Shown here: piece after piece, positions 26,638 through 36,008 of the stretch
How the letters are laid out: the number at the start of each line of letters is the position of its first letter
How positions within the stretch are numbered: the stretch's first letter is position 1
From: Candidatus Bathyarchaeota archaeon
Lineage (GTDB): Archaea > Thermoproteota > Bathyarchaeia > TCS64
Direction: 5' to 3'
Assembly (NCBI GenBank): GCA_018396865.1
Contig: JAGTRB010000003.1
Span: 8,575 to 72,574, forward strand
DNA length: 64,000 nucleotides
The notes under the pieces: generated by a model
The model's database searches: none
Told to the model about the DNA's origin: nothing
What the model saw: the letters and a program-made list of their open reading frames with translations, nothing else
Position numbers and translations under genes: made by a program

Positions 26638-28992
26638 ATGAAGGCCATGCCCCAATTGCATGATTCAGCTAAATTCAACCAAAGACTCATTAAAATTTTT
26701 ACTTTTTCAGTTTCTTTTGCCGCTCTTAGTATGGGTCTTTCCTTCATTCCACTTCTCCCTCAACCTATACCATTGATAATATCTTTCATCATTTCATTTT
26801 TAATACTGAATAATCGCAGAGAAGGAATGATCATAGGAAGCTTTCTAATTGGATTAGGATTAATATATCATATGAGTCGAATAAACCTCATATTGATACT
26901 GGGAAGCACTGAAACTAAACTACTTTTTTTAAGTATTTTAATCGTTTTTTTTCTATTCACTCCAATAATTGCAAAAATATATGAAGATATTATAGCTATT
27001 TCTGTTGGAATCATAGCTGCCTCAATGCTTTTTTTCAATCAAACCTACTTTTTCGCAATACCCCTTATAATAGTTTTCGCAGGGATATACAAAAAACAAA
27101 GGATATGGCTAACATTATCATATTATGCAGTTATATCGATTCCCATACAAATAATGCAATACATAAAGTACATATACAATGAAGAATATCACACTCCGCC
27201 CCCTTTATATGTTCCATTATTAGAAATCTTTAATGATATACAGGAATCAATGAAAAAAATAAGCATAAATGAAATATCAAGAGTTTTAGAGATTATTGCT
27301 GGGCAGTTTAAATCGAGAACAGATTCATCTCTAAGATTTATGATAAATGCCATATCTGAATATTTAAACTCATTTCCAGGAGTTATTTTCTTTTTGATAA
27401 TAATGTTCAGCCTTGTTTCCATAACCGCCTACATAATCTCCAATTCATTAAAAATTATCGAAAGCATGGAGATAACAAAAAAATATTCAAAATTCCTAGA
27501 AATATTTTTCTCAGTTATCACTGTAACGATAATTACAACACTCTTCTATATATTTCTTATAATCCTTCAAGAACCATTATCCTACATGGCGGAAATAAAT
27601 ATTTTCAACATGATGATGGGCATTATTGGAACATTTATAACTACGATCCCAATTTCCTTCATAAATTATGAGATGAAAATCAGTACGATAATAGAAAAGC
27701 GATCAGAAATAATAAGAAGAAAATCTGAAAAATTTATAGAAAATTTGAAAGACTTCAATGAATTAATGAGAAAAATTAGTAACAATATTCCGATTAAGAT
27801 TGACTCACTCATAAGTGAGGCTGCTTCGATTAAGGAAAAACTTGTAGATATATTGGATAATATAGAATATGGAGTTTATGGGTTAAATGAATTGGAAAGA
27901 AAAATTTTAGCAATAGATACTGAAATAAATGATGAAGTATTAAATTTATACAAAAAATTAAATACTTTGTTGAATGAATATTATAGGAACGAGAGTTATG
28001 AGTTTAACACATTGCTAGATAATTATAAAAAAATAGGAATAGAAATAAAAGATGAGATATTTATAAATTATAAAGATGATGAAGAAATAGAAGCAAAAAT
28101 AGAGAAAATAAGGATGATTCTAAATAAAGAATGGAAATTGACTGAAAAAATTACAGGAACATATGAAAAAATATATAACATACTAAGAAATTATTATGAT
28201 CCTTCGCTTCCAGAAGAAAATTCTACTTTGACTATTGCAAAACAAAAGATTCAAGAAAGACAGTTTCCATGCGTTATCCTAGAGGCAATATATATTTCGA
28301 TTAACAATCTAGAAACGCAATACTCAAAGGAAATAACTAATACCTTAAATAGGTTAATTGAACTAATGGGTTCAACAAAAAAAATTTATACAAATAATGA
28401 AAAATCAAAGATTTTATGCAACGAAATTAATGATAGATTAATTGCAATTGAAAAAAAGGTGAATAATTTAAAAGAGATATTAGAGGAAAATGTTTTCAAG
28501 ATAACTAAGATAATAGAAGTAAATGAAATTGTAAATGATTATATAAAAGTTTACAAAGAGATATTTCAAATTATATATGATGAAATAACCCTAAAAGAAA
28601 ATCACATAGAAAAATTAGCTATCAATGAAGGAATAAAATTTATTAAAAACGATCAAGTAAAAGATAAAATAATTTATATTTTAGAAATTCTAAGAAAGCT
28701 CCCTATTTATAATATCAATGAAACTATTACTAATTTAGAAAAGTTTTTAATGCAGGTTGATGAATGTTTCGAAATTATATTTAATTATAATGAAACGGAG
28801 GAAATCCTACTGAACTATGAGATTTCAGAATCAATAATGAAAAAATTATTAAAAGAAAAGGGATTAATAAAAATAAATGAACTTCCATTCAAAGAAGAAA
28901 TTGCAAGAAAATATATGGAGATTTACAGTGAGAAGCATAAAAAAGATGTGTTATATGATAGTGAGAAATTGATAATTTATCGAAGGGATTAA
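26638..28992 (+). CDS. Island ORF D: ~10-TM membrane protein with ~440-aa cytoplasmic coiled-coil/helical tail (784 aa)
   Basis: Hydrophobic helices through aa ~340 (e.g. 'FTFSVSFAALSMGLSFIPLL', 'VIFFLIIMFSLVSITAYII', 'IFNMMMGIIGTFITTIPISFI'), then K/E/I/N-rich heptad-like sequence to the end. Confidence 0.75.
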   Translation: MKAMPQLHDSAKFNQRLIKIFTFSVSFAALSMGLSFIPLLPQPIPLIISFIISFLILNNRREGMIIGSFLIGLGLIYHMSRINLILILGSTETKLLFLSILIVFFLFTPIIAKIYEDIIAISVGIIAASMLFFNQTYFFAIPLIIVFAGIYKKQRIWLTLSYYAVISIPIQIMQYIKYIYNEEYHTPPPLYVPLLEIFNDIQESMKKISINEISRVLEIIAGQFKSRTDSSLRFMINAISEYLNSFPGVIFFLIIMFSLVSITAYIISNSLKIIESMEITKKYSKFLEIFFSVITVTIITTLFYIFLIILQEPLSYMAEINIFNMMMGIIGTFITTIPISFINYEMKISTIIEKRSEIIRRKSEKFIENLKDFNELMRKISNNIPIKIDSLISEAASIKEKLVDILDNIEYGVYGLNELERKILAIDTEINDEVLNLYKKLNTLLNEYYRNESYEFNTLLDNYKKIGIEIKDEIFINYKDDEEIEAKIEKIRMILNKEWKLTEKITGTYEKIYNILRNYYDPSLPEENSTLTIAKQKIQERQFPCVILEAIYISINNLETQYSKEITNTLNRLIELMGSTKKIYTNNEKSKILCNEINDRLIAIEKKVNNLKEILEENVFKITKIIEVNEIVNDYIKVYKEIFQIIYDEITLKENHIEKLAINEGIKFIKNDQVKDKIIYILEILRKLPIYNINETITNLEKFLMQVDECFEIIFNYNETEEILLNYEISESIMKKLLKEKGLIKINELPFKEEIARKYMEIYSEKHKKDVLYDSEKLIIYRRD

Positions 28993-28993
28993 A

Positions 28994-29908
28994 ATGCATT
29001 CATATCAGGGATATAAACAAGGTATAGGCGATATCAAATTAAATATATTTGATGATAGAATCGAAATATACCATGAAAAAGGGTATATAAAAAAGAGTAA
29101 AAAAATTTTAAAGGTAATTTATTTCTCAGAAATCGATAAAATTGAAACTAATAATAATGAGCTAATTATTTATTTTACTAACAATGAAATATATAATATA
29201 ATTTTTCAACAAAGAGAATCATTGAATAATATTTATGAAGTTTTGATAGATATCTTCTCGAAAGTAAACGATAATGCAAACCAAAAAATTTGTGGAACTA
29301 TGTTAGCCGATATAACTAAAAAATCTATTTATTTAATAGATCTTTTGTTCGACGTCATTTTAAACTTAAATGGTAAAATTGTCTGGAAAAATTTAGAAAA
29401 AAATTTAAAAGATATAAAGGAAGTTTATCAAGGAATTAAATCAACTTATAACAAATTTGTGGATCTCGATTTTAAGGAGATGGAGCGAAATATAGTTGAT
29501 CGTAATCCTGAAAAGATCCCTATGAATGTGTTTAATTTTATAAAAATGATATTGTCTTTTTATAGGAGTTTGGATAAAATTGATGATAAAGATTTAATTA
29601 TTTTGAAATCTAAATTTTTAGATTTTTTAATGATTGTTGAATCTGCTGTCTTATTAAATGATATAATCCTTGGTATAATTATAGGAGATGGACATGTCAA
29701 TGAAGAAATTGAGGTTTTTATCAATCTGACAAATTCACTATCTAAAAAAATTAATATTACTATAGAAAGAATTTATATAATAAATTTATTCGAGGAACTA
29801 AAATTTAAAGCAAAAGATTATCAAATAATAAATAAAATTAGGGATTTCTTGAAGGATCTAGCCATGAGATATTTATCTGAGGAGGGATCAAGGGTCTCCC
29901 TTCTATGA
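28994..29908 (+). CDS. Island ORF E: soluble 304-aa protein (beta-rich N-domain, helical C-domain)
   Basis: ATG 1 nt after the ORF D stop (TAA-A-ATG). N-terminal 'DRIEIYHEKGYIKKSKKILKVIYFSEIDKIETNNNELIIYFTNNEIYNIIF' looks like a small PH/GRAM-like beta sandwich (weak). The rest is helical. Confidence 0.6.
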   Translation: MHSYQGYKQGIGDIKLNIFDDRIEIYHEKGYIKKSKKILKVIYFSEIDKIETNNNELIIYFTNNEIYNIIFQQRESLNNIYEVLIDIFSKVNDNANQKICGTMLADITKKSIYLIDLLFDVILNLNGKIVWKNLEKNLKDIKEVYQGIKSTYNKFVDLDFKEMERNIVDRNPEKIPMNVFNFIKMILSFYRSLDKIDDKDLIILKSKFLDFLMIVESAVLLNDIILGIIIGDGHVNEEIEVFINLTNSLSKKINITIERIYIINLFEELKFKAKDYQIINKIRDFLKDLAMRYLSEEGSRVSLL

Positions 29909-29950
29909 GCTTGGCTTGATTTTTAAGCTTCAGCCCCTCCTTTAATTTGG

Positions 29951-31642
29951 GTGTTGGCCTTGTCATATCTCTGTCAGGAGAGGTTGTGGAGGGGGGCTGG
30001 GAGGGGATGCTGTGTGGCGGAGCATGGTATCGTCGCCTCAAAGCATCCTCTAATCGGGAGAGTGGGCATAGATGTGTTGAGGAGGGGCGGAAACGCGGTC
30101 GATGCCGCCGTCGCAGCGGCCTTCGTTGACTGCGTGGTTGAGCCCGCCATGAACGGCATAGGGGGAGAGGGCGTGATGGCCATCCACCTGTCCTCGGGAG
30201 AGGGTGTCATTATAGATTATGTTGGGAGGCCCTCGAAGGATTGCACTCCAGACATGTATGAGCTTCTTGAGGAGGTTGAGCCGGGCTGGATGGGGTGGAG
30301 GAGGGTGAAGGACGACGCCAACATAATAGGGCACAGGGCTGCGACGGTGCCAGGAACGGTGGCAGGGCTGGCTAGGGCCCTAGAGCTCTATGGCACGATG
30401 GAGCTGGGGGAGGTGATTGAGCCCGCTATCAGGGCTGCGGAAGAGGGGTTTCCCGTGGGCTGGTGGACAGTCTCCCATATCATCCAGACTATACATAAGT
30501 TCTACAGGTTCCCAGAGTGGAGGAGGCTCTTCCTCAAGGAGGAGAGGTACCCCCCTCTGCCTTATACGTATGCCAGGAGAGGGAGCCCAGACCTCCTAGT
30601 CAACAGGGATCTCGCGAGATCCCTCAGGCTCATTGCTGAGGAGGGGCCGGAGGCCTTCTACCGTGGGGAGATAGCGGAGGCCATAGCTAGGGACATGGAG
30701 AGGAATGGGGGTCTCATCTCCATGGAGGACCTGGCCATGTATGAGCCCATCGTCTCCAAGACCGCAAGGGGGGAGTACAGGGGCTTCGAGGTTTTATATG
30801 ATCCAAGCCATGCGGGGACAACCATGATGGAGATCCTCAACATCCTTGAGGGCTACAGCCTCTCGGACTACGGTTTCGGATCATACGAGCATCTCCATCT
30901 TCTGGCGGAGGCGATAGGCCTAGCCTACGCGGACAGGTTCAGGTATATGGGGGATCCAGAGTTCTTAAGGGTACCCCTGAGGGGATTGGCATCAAAGGCT
31001 TATGCCGAGGAGTTGAGGAGGCGTATAAGCCTCGAGAGGTCTCTTGAGCTGCGCCCCGGGGATCCCTGGCCCTATGAGGAGTGCACGACGGCCCTAGCCG
31101 TTGTGGACGGGGAGAGGAATGCCGTCGCCGTCAACCAGACCCTTGTAGATATATTCGGCTGCGGTGTGGTGGTGCCAGGGACGGGCATTGTACTCAATAA
31201 CGCCATGTATGGGCTTAACCCTGAGCCCGGCCACGCCAACTCTATAATGGGGAGGAAGAGGAGGATACAGAACGTCTGCCCGACGATATTGTTGGAGGAT
31301 GGGGGAACCTTCATGGCTTTGGGGGCTCCAGGTGGGAGGGCCATCCAGACTTCCATAGCCCAGACCATCATAAATGTTGTCGACTTTGGGATGGATATCC
31401 AGTCGGCCATTGAGGCCCCAAGGATCACGAGGGAGATCGGGGAGATACAGCTTGATAATAGGTTCCCGAGGGAAGTCTATCATAGGCTACTGGCCGCGGG
31501 CCATAAAGTGGCCTACATAGATAAAGAGATCGGGGGCTGGGGTAGGCCTGTAGGAATCGTTTTGGATAGGGAGAAAGGCCTATTATACGGAGGTGTGGAG
31601 AGCCACTTCCTGGGCTTCGAGTCCGAGGCGATAGGATACTGA
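29951..31642 (+). CDS. ggt: Gamma-glutamyltranspeptidase family protein (true start possibly GTG 30014)
   Basis: 'GIVASKHPLIGRVGIDVLRRGGNAVDAAVAAAF', 'GIGGEG', processing/nucleophile region 'NVCPTILLEDG', 'GAPGGRAIQTS'. Confidence 0.85.
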   Translation: MLALSYLCQERLWRGAGRGCCVAEHGIVASKHPLIGRVGIDVLRRGGNAVDAAVAAAFVDCVVEPAMNGIGGEGVMAIHLSSGEGVIIDYVGRPSKDCTPDMYELLEEVEPGWMGWRRVKDDANIIGHRAATVPGTVAGLARALELYGTMELGEVIEPAIRAAEEGFPVGWWTVSHIIQTIHKFYRFPEWRRLFLKEERYPPLPYTYARRGSPDLLVNRDLARSLRLIAEEGPEAFYRGEIAEAIARDMERNGGLISMEDLAMYEPIVSKTARGEYRGFEVLYDPSHAGTTMMEILNILEGYSLSDYGFGSYEHLHLLAEAIGLAYADRFRYMGDPEFLRVPLRGLASKAYAEELRRRISLERSLELRPGDPWPYEECTTALAVVDGERNAVAVNQTLVDIFGCGVVVPGTGIVLNNAMYGLNPEPGHANSIMGRKRRIQNVCPTILLEDGGTFMALGAPGGRAIQTSIAQTIINVVDFGMDIQSAIEAPRITREIGEIQLDNRFPREVYHRLLAAGHKVAYIDKEIGGWGRPVGIVLDREKGLLYGGVESHFLGFESEAIGY

Positions 31643-31666
31643 AAATAATGGAATCCAAGAAGCTCA

Positions 31667-31876
31667 TTATTTTCTCTCTTTCCGCCTCTTAAGATACCAG
31701 ATCCTCCCGCTTTTGCTGGTCTCGATGTAGAAGTCAGGGTTGTAGAAGAGCATCTCCTTGACGAATTCTCTCATGGTTGTTCTGGAGCCATCCGACCTGA
31801 ATATCACCTCATCAAGGTCCACGGTGACACGTTTAGCCCTCTTCTCCTCCAACCCGGAATCAACCATAGATTTCAA
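31667..31876 (-). CDS. Small hypothetical protein (69 aa)
   Basis: Host-like codon usage and basic C-terminus 'YLKRRKERK'. No recognisable motif. Confidence 0.4.
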   Translation of the reverse strand: MKSMVDSGLEEKRAKRVTVDLDEVIFRSDGSRTTMREFVKEMLFYNPDFYIETSKSGRIWYLKRRKERK

Positions 31877-31953
31877 GGCTGCATCCTCCTATAATTTTTA
31901 CTGTTCCACCGTAGCTTCATACTCCACCTCAAGCCTTCTCTAATAGCTCTGGA

Positions 31954-32340
31954 TCATACGCTCACAAGGTTGTCGAGGTCCTCCACAGCCCTAGTTCCAA
32001 GGGTGGCCATAAGCCTGCCTATTCTCCTCCTCATATCGGCTTCAACCCTGACCCCCCTGCTCTCTAGGAGTAGCAGCATCTCCCGATTGATCCTCCTGCC
32101 CTCCCTATCGAAGTCGCTCAGGATCAGGACCGTCCTACACCTCTCGGCCACCTCCTCCGCTAGGTCGATTTGGGCCTCATGTCTTGAGATAACCTCTATC
32201 TGGCCACGGTATCCGAGGCTCTTTAAGGCCTCGACATCCCTAGCCCCCTCAACAAGGACCGTGTCCACGATCTCCTCAGCCTCCCTTAGGAGAAGGCTGA
32301 GTTCGGTAATGGCCTGCTCCCTATCCCGCTTCAAGTTCAT
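31954..32340 (-). CDS. Small Toprim-domain protein
   Basis: 'VLVEGARDVEALKSLGY' (Toprim Glu) and 'LILSDFDREGRRI' (DxD). 4-nt overlap with the upstream glycerate kinase gene. Confidence 0.7.
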   Translation of the reverse strand: MNLKRDREQAITELSLLLREAEEIVDTVLVEGARDVEALKSLGYRGQIEVISRHEAQIDLAEEVAERCRTVLILSDFDREGRRINREMLLLLESRGVRVEADMRRRIGRLMATLGTRAVEDLDNLVSV

Positions 32341-33740
32341 TTTTCCATCCCCCTATCCCCTGAGACCAGGATCACCGCTAAATCGTTCACGTTTGTCCCC
32401 GTCGGCCCCGTTATTATCAGGTCTCCAAGCCTCTCGAAGAAGCTATAGGAATCATTCTCTCTGAGGTATCCCTCAGGCGAGATCCCGGTGGCTCTGGCTC
32501 TGCTTAGGGTTGAGCCGTCGACTATGGCTCCCGCCGCATCCGTAGGTCCATCTATGCCGTCGGTTGCAAGGCAGGCTATTGCGGCGTTGACCCCCTCTAT
32601 CTTGAGGGATGAGCTCAAAGCAGCCTCTTGGTTTCTTCCCCCCCTCCCTCTTCCAGTGACTGTCACCGTCGTCTCCCCTCCCGCTATTAGAGCTGCGGGC
32701 GGTGGGATGGGATTACCAGACTCGGCTATCTCCCTGGCTATTCCCCCGATAACGCCTCCGACATGCCTTGCCTCCCCCTCCAGCCTAGTGGATAGGATGA
32801 GGGTTTTGTATCCTAAATTTGAGGCTCTGGAGGCCGCCGCTCTGGCCGCAGTCATGTTGCTCCCCACGATGATGTTGAAAACTCTATCGAATATCTCGTC
32901 CCCCGGCTTCGGGGTCTCCTCAACCTCCCCCCTGAGGCCAGCCGCTATCCTTGATCTAATGGATTTTGCTACCCTATCCCATAGGCCATATTTCATGAGG
33001 ATCTCATAGGCGTCCCTGAAGGTTGTGGGGTCTGGGGATGTGGGGCCTGAAGCTATTACATCCAATGGATCCCCCACGACGTCTGAGATTATAAGGCCCA
33101 GGACGGTTGCAGGGTAGGCCCTCCTCGCCAGCTGTCCCCCCTTTATGGTGGAGAGGTGCTTCCTCACCGCGTTCAGTTCGTTTATGGTGGCTCCGCATCT
33201 AAGGAGCATGCCTGTAAGATCCCTCAACTCCTCTAGGTCTACACCTTGTGCGGGATCCGCCATCAGGGCTGATCCTCCCCCCGAGATGAGGACGATCACA
33301 AGGTCGTCTTGGTTTAAACCCTTAACCAGCTCGAGCATCTTCGCCACCCCCCTAACACCATCCTCCGCTGGGATGGGGTGGGATGCCTCATTCAGCCCTA
33401 TTCTATCGAGGGGGCTGCTTGGACTCGTGCCCTTTAGGATGTTCACCAACCCTGCCGTGATCCTATCTCCTATGAGCTCCTCTAAAGCTTCCGCCATTGC
33501 CCCTCCGGCCTTTCCCCCTCCGACGACCAGGATCCTCCTGAATCTCCCCATGTCGAGTTCTATTTCGCCTGCCCTGAGGAGGTCCCCCGCCCTAGTTAGG
33601 TGGCTCAGGATCGCTCTCCTCGGATCCACTTCCTCTACGGCTACGCTGAGTATGTCGAGTGCGTCGCTTCTAAGCTTCCTCAGCTCCGGTGAGAGCGAGT
33701 TCTCAAGCAGCTGGAGCTTATTCCTTATCTCCACTCCCAT
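32337..33740 (-). CDS. Glycerate 2-kinase (DUF4147/MOFRL family)
   Basis: 'VVGGGKAGGAMAEALEE', 'VLISGGGSALM', 'LRKHLSTIKGGQLA', 'IAGGETTVTV', 'LATDGIDG'. Confidence 0.85.
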   Translation of the reverse strand: MGVEIRNKLQLLENSLSPELRKLRSDALDILSVAVEEVDPRRAILSHLTRAGDLLRAGEIELDMGRFRRILVVGGGKAGGAMAEALEELIGDRITAGLVNILKGTSPSSPLDRIGLNEASHPIPAEDGVRGVAKMLELVKGLNQDDLVIVLISGGGSALMADPAQGVDLEELRDLTGMLLRCGATINELNAVRKHLSTIKGGQLARRAYPATVLGLIISDVVGDPLDVIASGPTSPDPTTFRDAYEILMKYGLWDRVAKSIRSRIAAGLRGEVEETPKPGDEIFDRVFNIIVGSNMTAARAAASRASNLGYKTLILSTRLEGEARHVGGVIGGIAREIAESGNPIPPPAALIAGGETTVTVTGRGRGGRNQEAALSSSLKIEGVNAAIACLATDGIDGPTDAAGAIVDGSTLSRARATGISPEGYLRENDSYSFFERLGDLIITGPTGTNVNDLAVILVSGDRGMEK

Positions 33741-33800
33741 TATGTAAGGTTGGAGGGGGTGGCCTGATTAAATAGTTATTGAGTGGATGTTATAGGTTTT

Positions 33801-36008
33801 CTACTCTTTCACGATGTACTCGCTGGCCTGCGGAGGCTCTGGTGGAAGACCCTTCCTCTCCCTCACCTTTCTCACTATATCGGGGAGCATGTTGTCTGGT
33901 ACTGGAGCCCAGTGGTCGAAGGTGCACTGCCAGAAGGCTCTTCCCGATGTGGCAGCCCTCATCTCGCTTGCAAGTCCGAGGGCCTCGGAGACTGGGATGA
34001 AGCCTGTCACAGCTATCAGGGGCCCCTTCTGCTCAACGCTGTATATGTTCCCCCTCTTCCTATTCAGCAGGGATGTAACATTACCCAGCTCCTCAGCTGG
34101 TAGGGTTACCTGTATCTTGTATATGGGCTCGAGGAGAGTGGGTCTCGCTGAGAGGAGGGCCGCGTATATCGCCTGCCTGGTGGCCGGCATTATCTGGGCC
34201 GGGCCTCGGTGGACGGGATCCTCGTGGAGCTGAGCATCAACCAGCGTGACCTGTACCCCCCTCACAGCCTCACCGGCGAAGGGCCCTGACTCCACAGTCC
34301 AGTGGAAGCCCCCAGCTATGTGGTCCTTAACCTCTCTGAGATACTGGATTCCATAAGTAGCGTCCACGAGGATGTTGGCGTTCTGGTCCACTGCGACAAC
34401 CTCCCTGGCATCTTTAGATGACCATCCAGCCTTCTCAACCAGGACCTCCAGCCTCATCCTCCTCGAGAGGGCCTCGCTCAGGGCCCCCTCCCTTATCAGG
34501 TCGATGACCTTCGGGTCTAATGGCTTCACCGTGAACCAGAGCTTGTTATGCTTGTTCGGGCTCTTCCCCATGAAGGGGCCCGCCTCCTCCCTTATCGACT
34601 CCCTATAAACTACCGTGGGCTCCGAGGCCTTCACCTCCACGTTGTACTCCCTCGCAAGGTCCTTGAGGGCTATCTCTAGGTGGAGCTCCCCGGCGCCGGA
34701 TAGTAGGTACTCCCCTGTCTCCTGGTTTATCACAGCAACAAGGTTTGGATCTTGGATGGTGAGCTTCGTCATCGCGTCTATCAATCTCGGCAGGTCCATT
34801 GGACGCTTGGGCTCGACGGCTATCGTGAGGACGGGCTCCGTGAAGTATTTGATCTGCTCGAAGCCAACGGCGCTATCCTTATAGGCTGGGCTAACTATGG
34901 TCTCCCCGGCCCTTCCCGCGTCTATACCGAGGAGGGCCACTATGTTCCCGCAGGGTATGGCATCAACCACCTCCCTGAACTGGCCCATGTATATACTGAC
35001 CTGCTGGGCCTTGTAAGACCTGTTTGCCATCAGGAGGTAGATGTCATCTCCCTTCCTTATGGTTCCGGAGAAGATCCTGCCAGTGTTTATAATGCCTGCT
35101 TGGGGATCTATGATGACGTTAGTTACACATATCACCAATGGCCCGTCATCATCCAGCTTGAGCATCGCCTTTCCTACCTCGCCATTAAGGTCGCCGCGCC
35201 ATATAGCCTGGAGCCTGAAGGGCTGGGCCTCCACGGGGCTGGGGAGGTGATGGACAACCATTTCAAGTATGGCCTCGTGGAGGGGAAGGAGCTTCTGGAG
35301 TTCCTCTACCCTACCCTCCCTGTAGAACTCGACTATGTCGTTGAACTTCAGACCCTTCCTCTTGAGCATTGGGAGGGTGAACCCCCACCTGTCAAGGGCG
35401 GAGCCGAATGCGACAGTCCCGTTGGCCGCGTTCACCGTCCACTTCTCCTTCACCTCATCTATGCCATATGTCTGGACTATGGTGTTGAACTGGTTTATGA
35501 TCCTCAGGAGCTTCTTCATGACGGCGTCAGCGTCCATCTTCAGCTCCTTTATGAGGCGGTCGAACTTGTTGATGTAGAGGACAGGCTTAACCCTCTCCTC
35601 GAGGGCTGCCCTGAGCCTGACCTCGGTCATTATCTGGAACTCCTCTACCGCATCTACTAGGAGGATACATCCATCCAAAGCCCTTAAGGCCCTTGTAACC
35701 TTCCCTGAGAAGTCGACGTGGCCTGGGGTGTCTATGAGGTTTATCACGTACTCCTTTCCATCCTCCTCATAAAGGAGGCTGATGTTCGCCGTCTTTATCG
35801 TGATGCCCCTCCTCTGCTCCTCCTCTAAGTAGTCTAATGCCCTCGCCTCCCCCGCCCTGCTCGGGGCTAGTAGGCCGGCCATGGCTAGGAGGCTGTCGCT
35901 CATGGTCGTCTTTCCGTGATCTATGTGGGCTATTATCCCGATGTTCCTGATGCGCTCCTTATTATGCATCAGCTTCAATATATCCTCGGTCTGTCTGAAC
36001 CTCGGCAT
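33801..36008 (-). CDS. fusA: Translation elongation factor 2 (aEF-2)
   Basis: G1 'IAHIDHGKTT', 'DTPGHVDF', 'NKFDR', diphthamide-region 'LHEDPVHRGPAQ'. 735 aa. The 302-aa antisense ORF is rejected. Confidence 0.97.
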   Translation of the reverse strand: MPRFRQTEDILKLMHNKERIRNIGIIAHIDHGKTTMSDSLLAMAGLLAPSRAGEARALDYLEEEQRRGITIKTANISLLYEEDGKEYVINLIDTPGHVDFSGKVTRALRALDGCILLVDAVEEFQIMTEVRLRAALEERVKPVLYINKFDRLIKELKMDADAVMKKLLRIINQFNTIVQTYGIDEVKEKWTVNAANGTVAFGSALDRWGFTLPMLKRKGLKFNDIVEFYREGRVEELQKLLPLHEAILEMVVHHLPSPVEAQPFRLQAIWRGDLNGEVGKAMLKLDDDGPLVICVTNVIIDPQAGIINTGRIFSGTIRKGDDIYLLMANRSYKAQQVSIYMGQFREVVDAIPCGNIVALLGIDAGRAGETIVSPAYKDSAVGFEQIKYFTEPVLTIAVEPKRPMDLPRLIDAMTKLTIQDPNLVAVINQETGEYLLSGAGELHLEIALKDLAREYNVEVKASEPTVVYRESIREEAGPFMGKSPNKHNKLWFTVKPLDPKVIDLIREGALSEALSRRMRLEVLVEKAGWSSKDAREVVAVDQNANILVDATYGIQYLREVKDHIAGGFHWTVESGPFAGEAVRGVQVTLVDAQLHEDPVHRGPAQIMPATRQAIYAALLSARPTLLEPIYKIQVTLPAEELGNVTSLLNRKRGNIYSVEQKGPLIAVTGFIPVSEALGLASEMRAATSGRAFWQCTFDHWAPVPDNMLPDIVRKVRERKGLPPEPPQASEYIVKE

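Larger units (their letters stand above)
21484..29950. other. Low-G+C genomic island (five genes, no integrase/transposase seen)
   Basis: Hand counts: island lines 22861 and 27961 are about 30% and 28% G+C, against 58-67% for flanking lines 40081 and 30061. Codons switch to AAA/AAT/TTT/AGA/TTA from the host's AAG/AAC/TTC/AGG/CTC. Sharp right boundary at the ORF E stop (29908). Confidence 0.8.

Noticed and set aside
21484-29950. The island as a prophage, integrated plasmid or transposon
   Set aside because: I saw no integrase, transposase, replication, capsid or terminase-like ORF, and no flanking direct or inverted repeats by eye. The nearest tRNA (Ala) is separated from the island by two host-like genes. 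Horizontal origin is still likely from the composition, but a mobile-element call is unsupported.
29838-30129. Short ORFs 29838..30041 (minus strand) and 29947..30129 (plus strand) at the right island border
   Set aside because: They overlap the 5' end of the GGT gene and the ORF E terminus. Both are R/P/G-rich and low in complexity. Neither has supporting signals.
34752-35660. 302-aa ORF on the plus strand opposite aEF-2, with smaller ones at 33814..34233 and 34615..34884
   Set aside because: This is antisense to a near-certain EF-2 gene. The translation has no motifs and has the skewed L/P/G/V composition typical of shadow ORFs in G+C-rich DNA.
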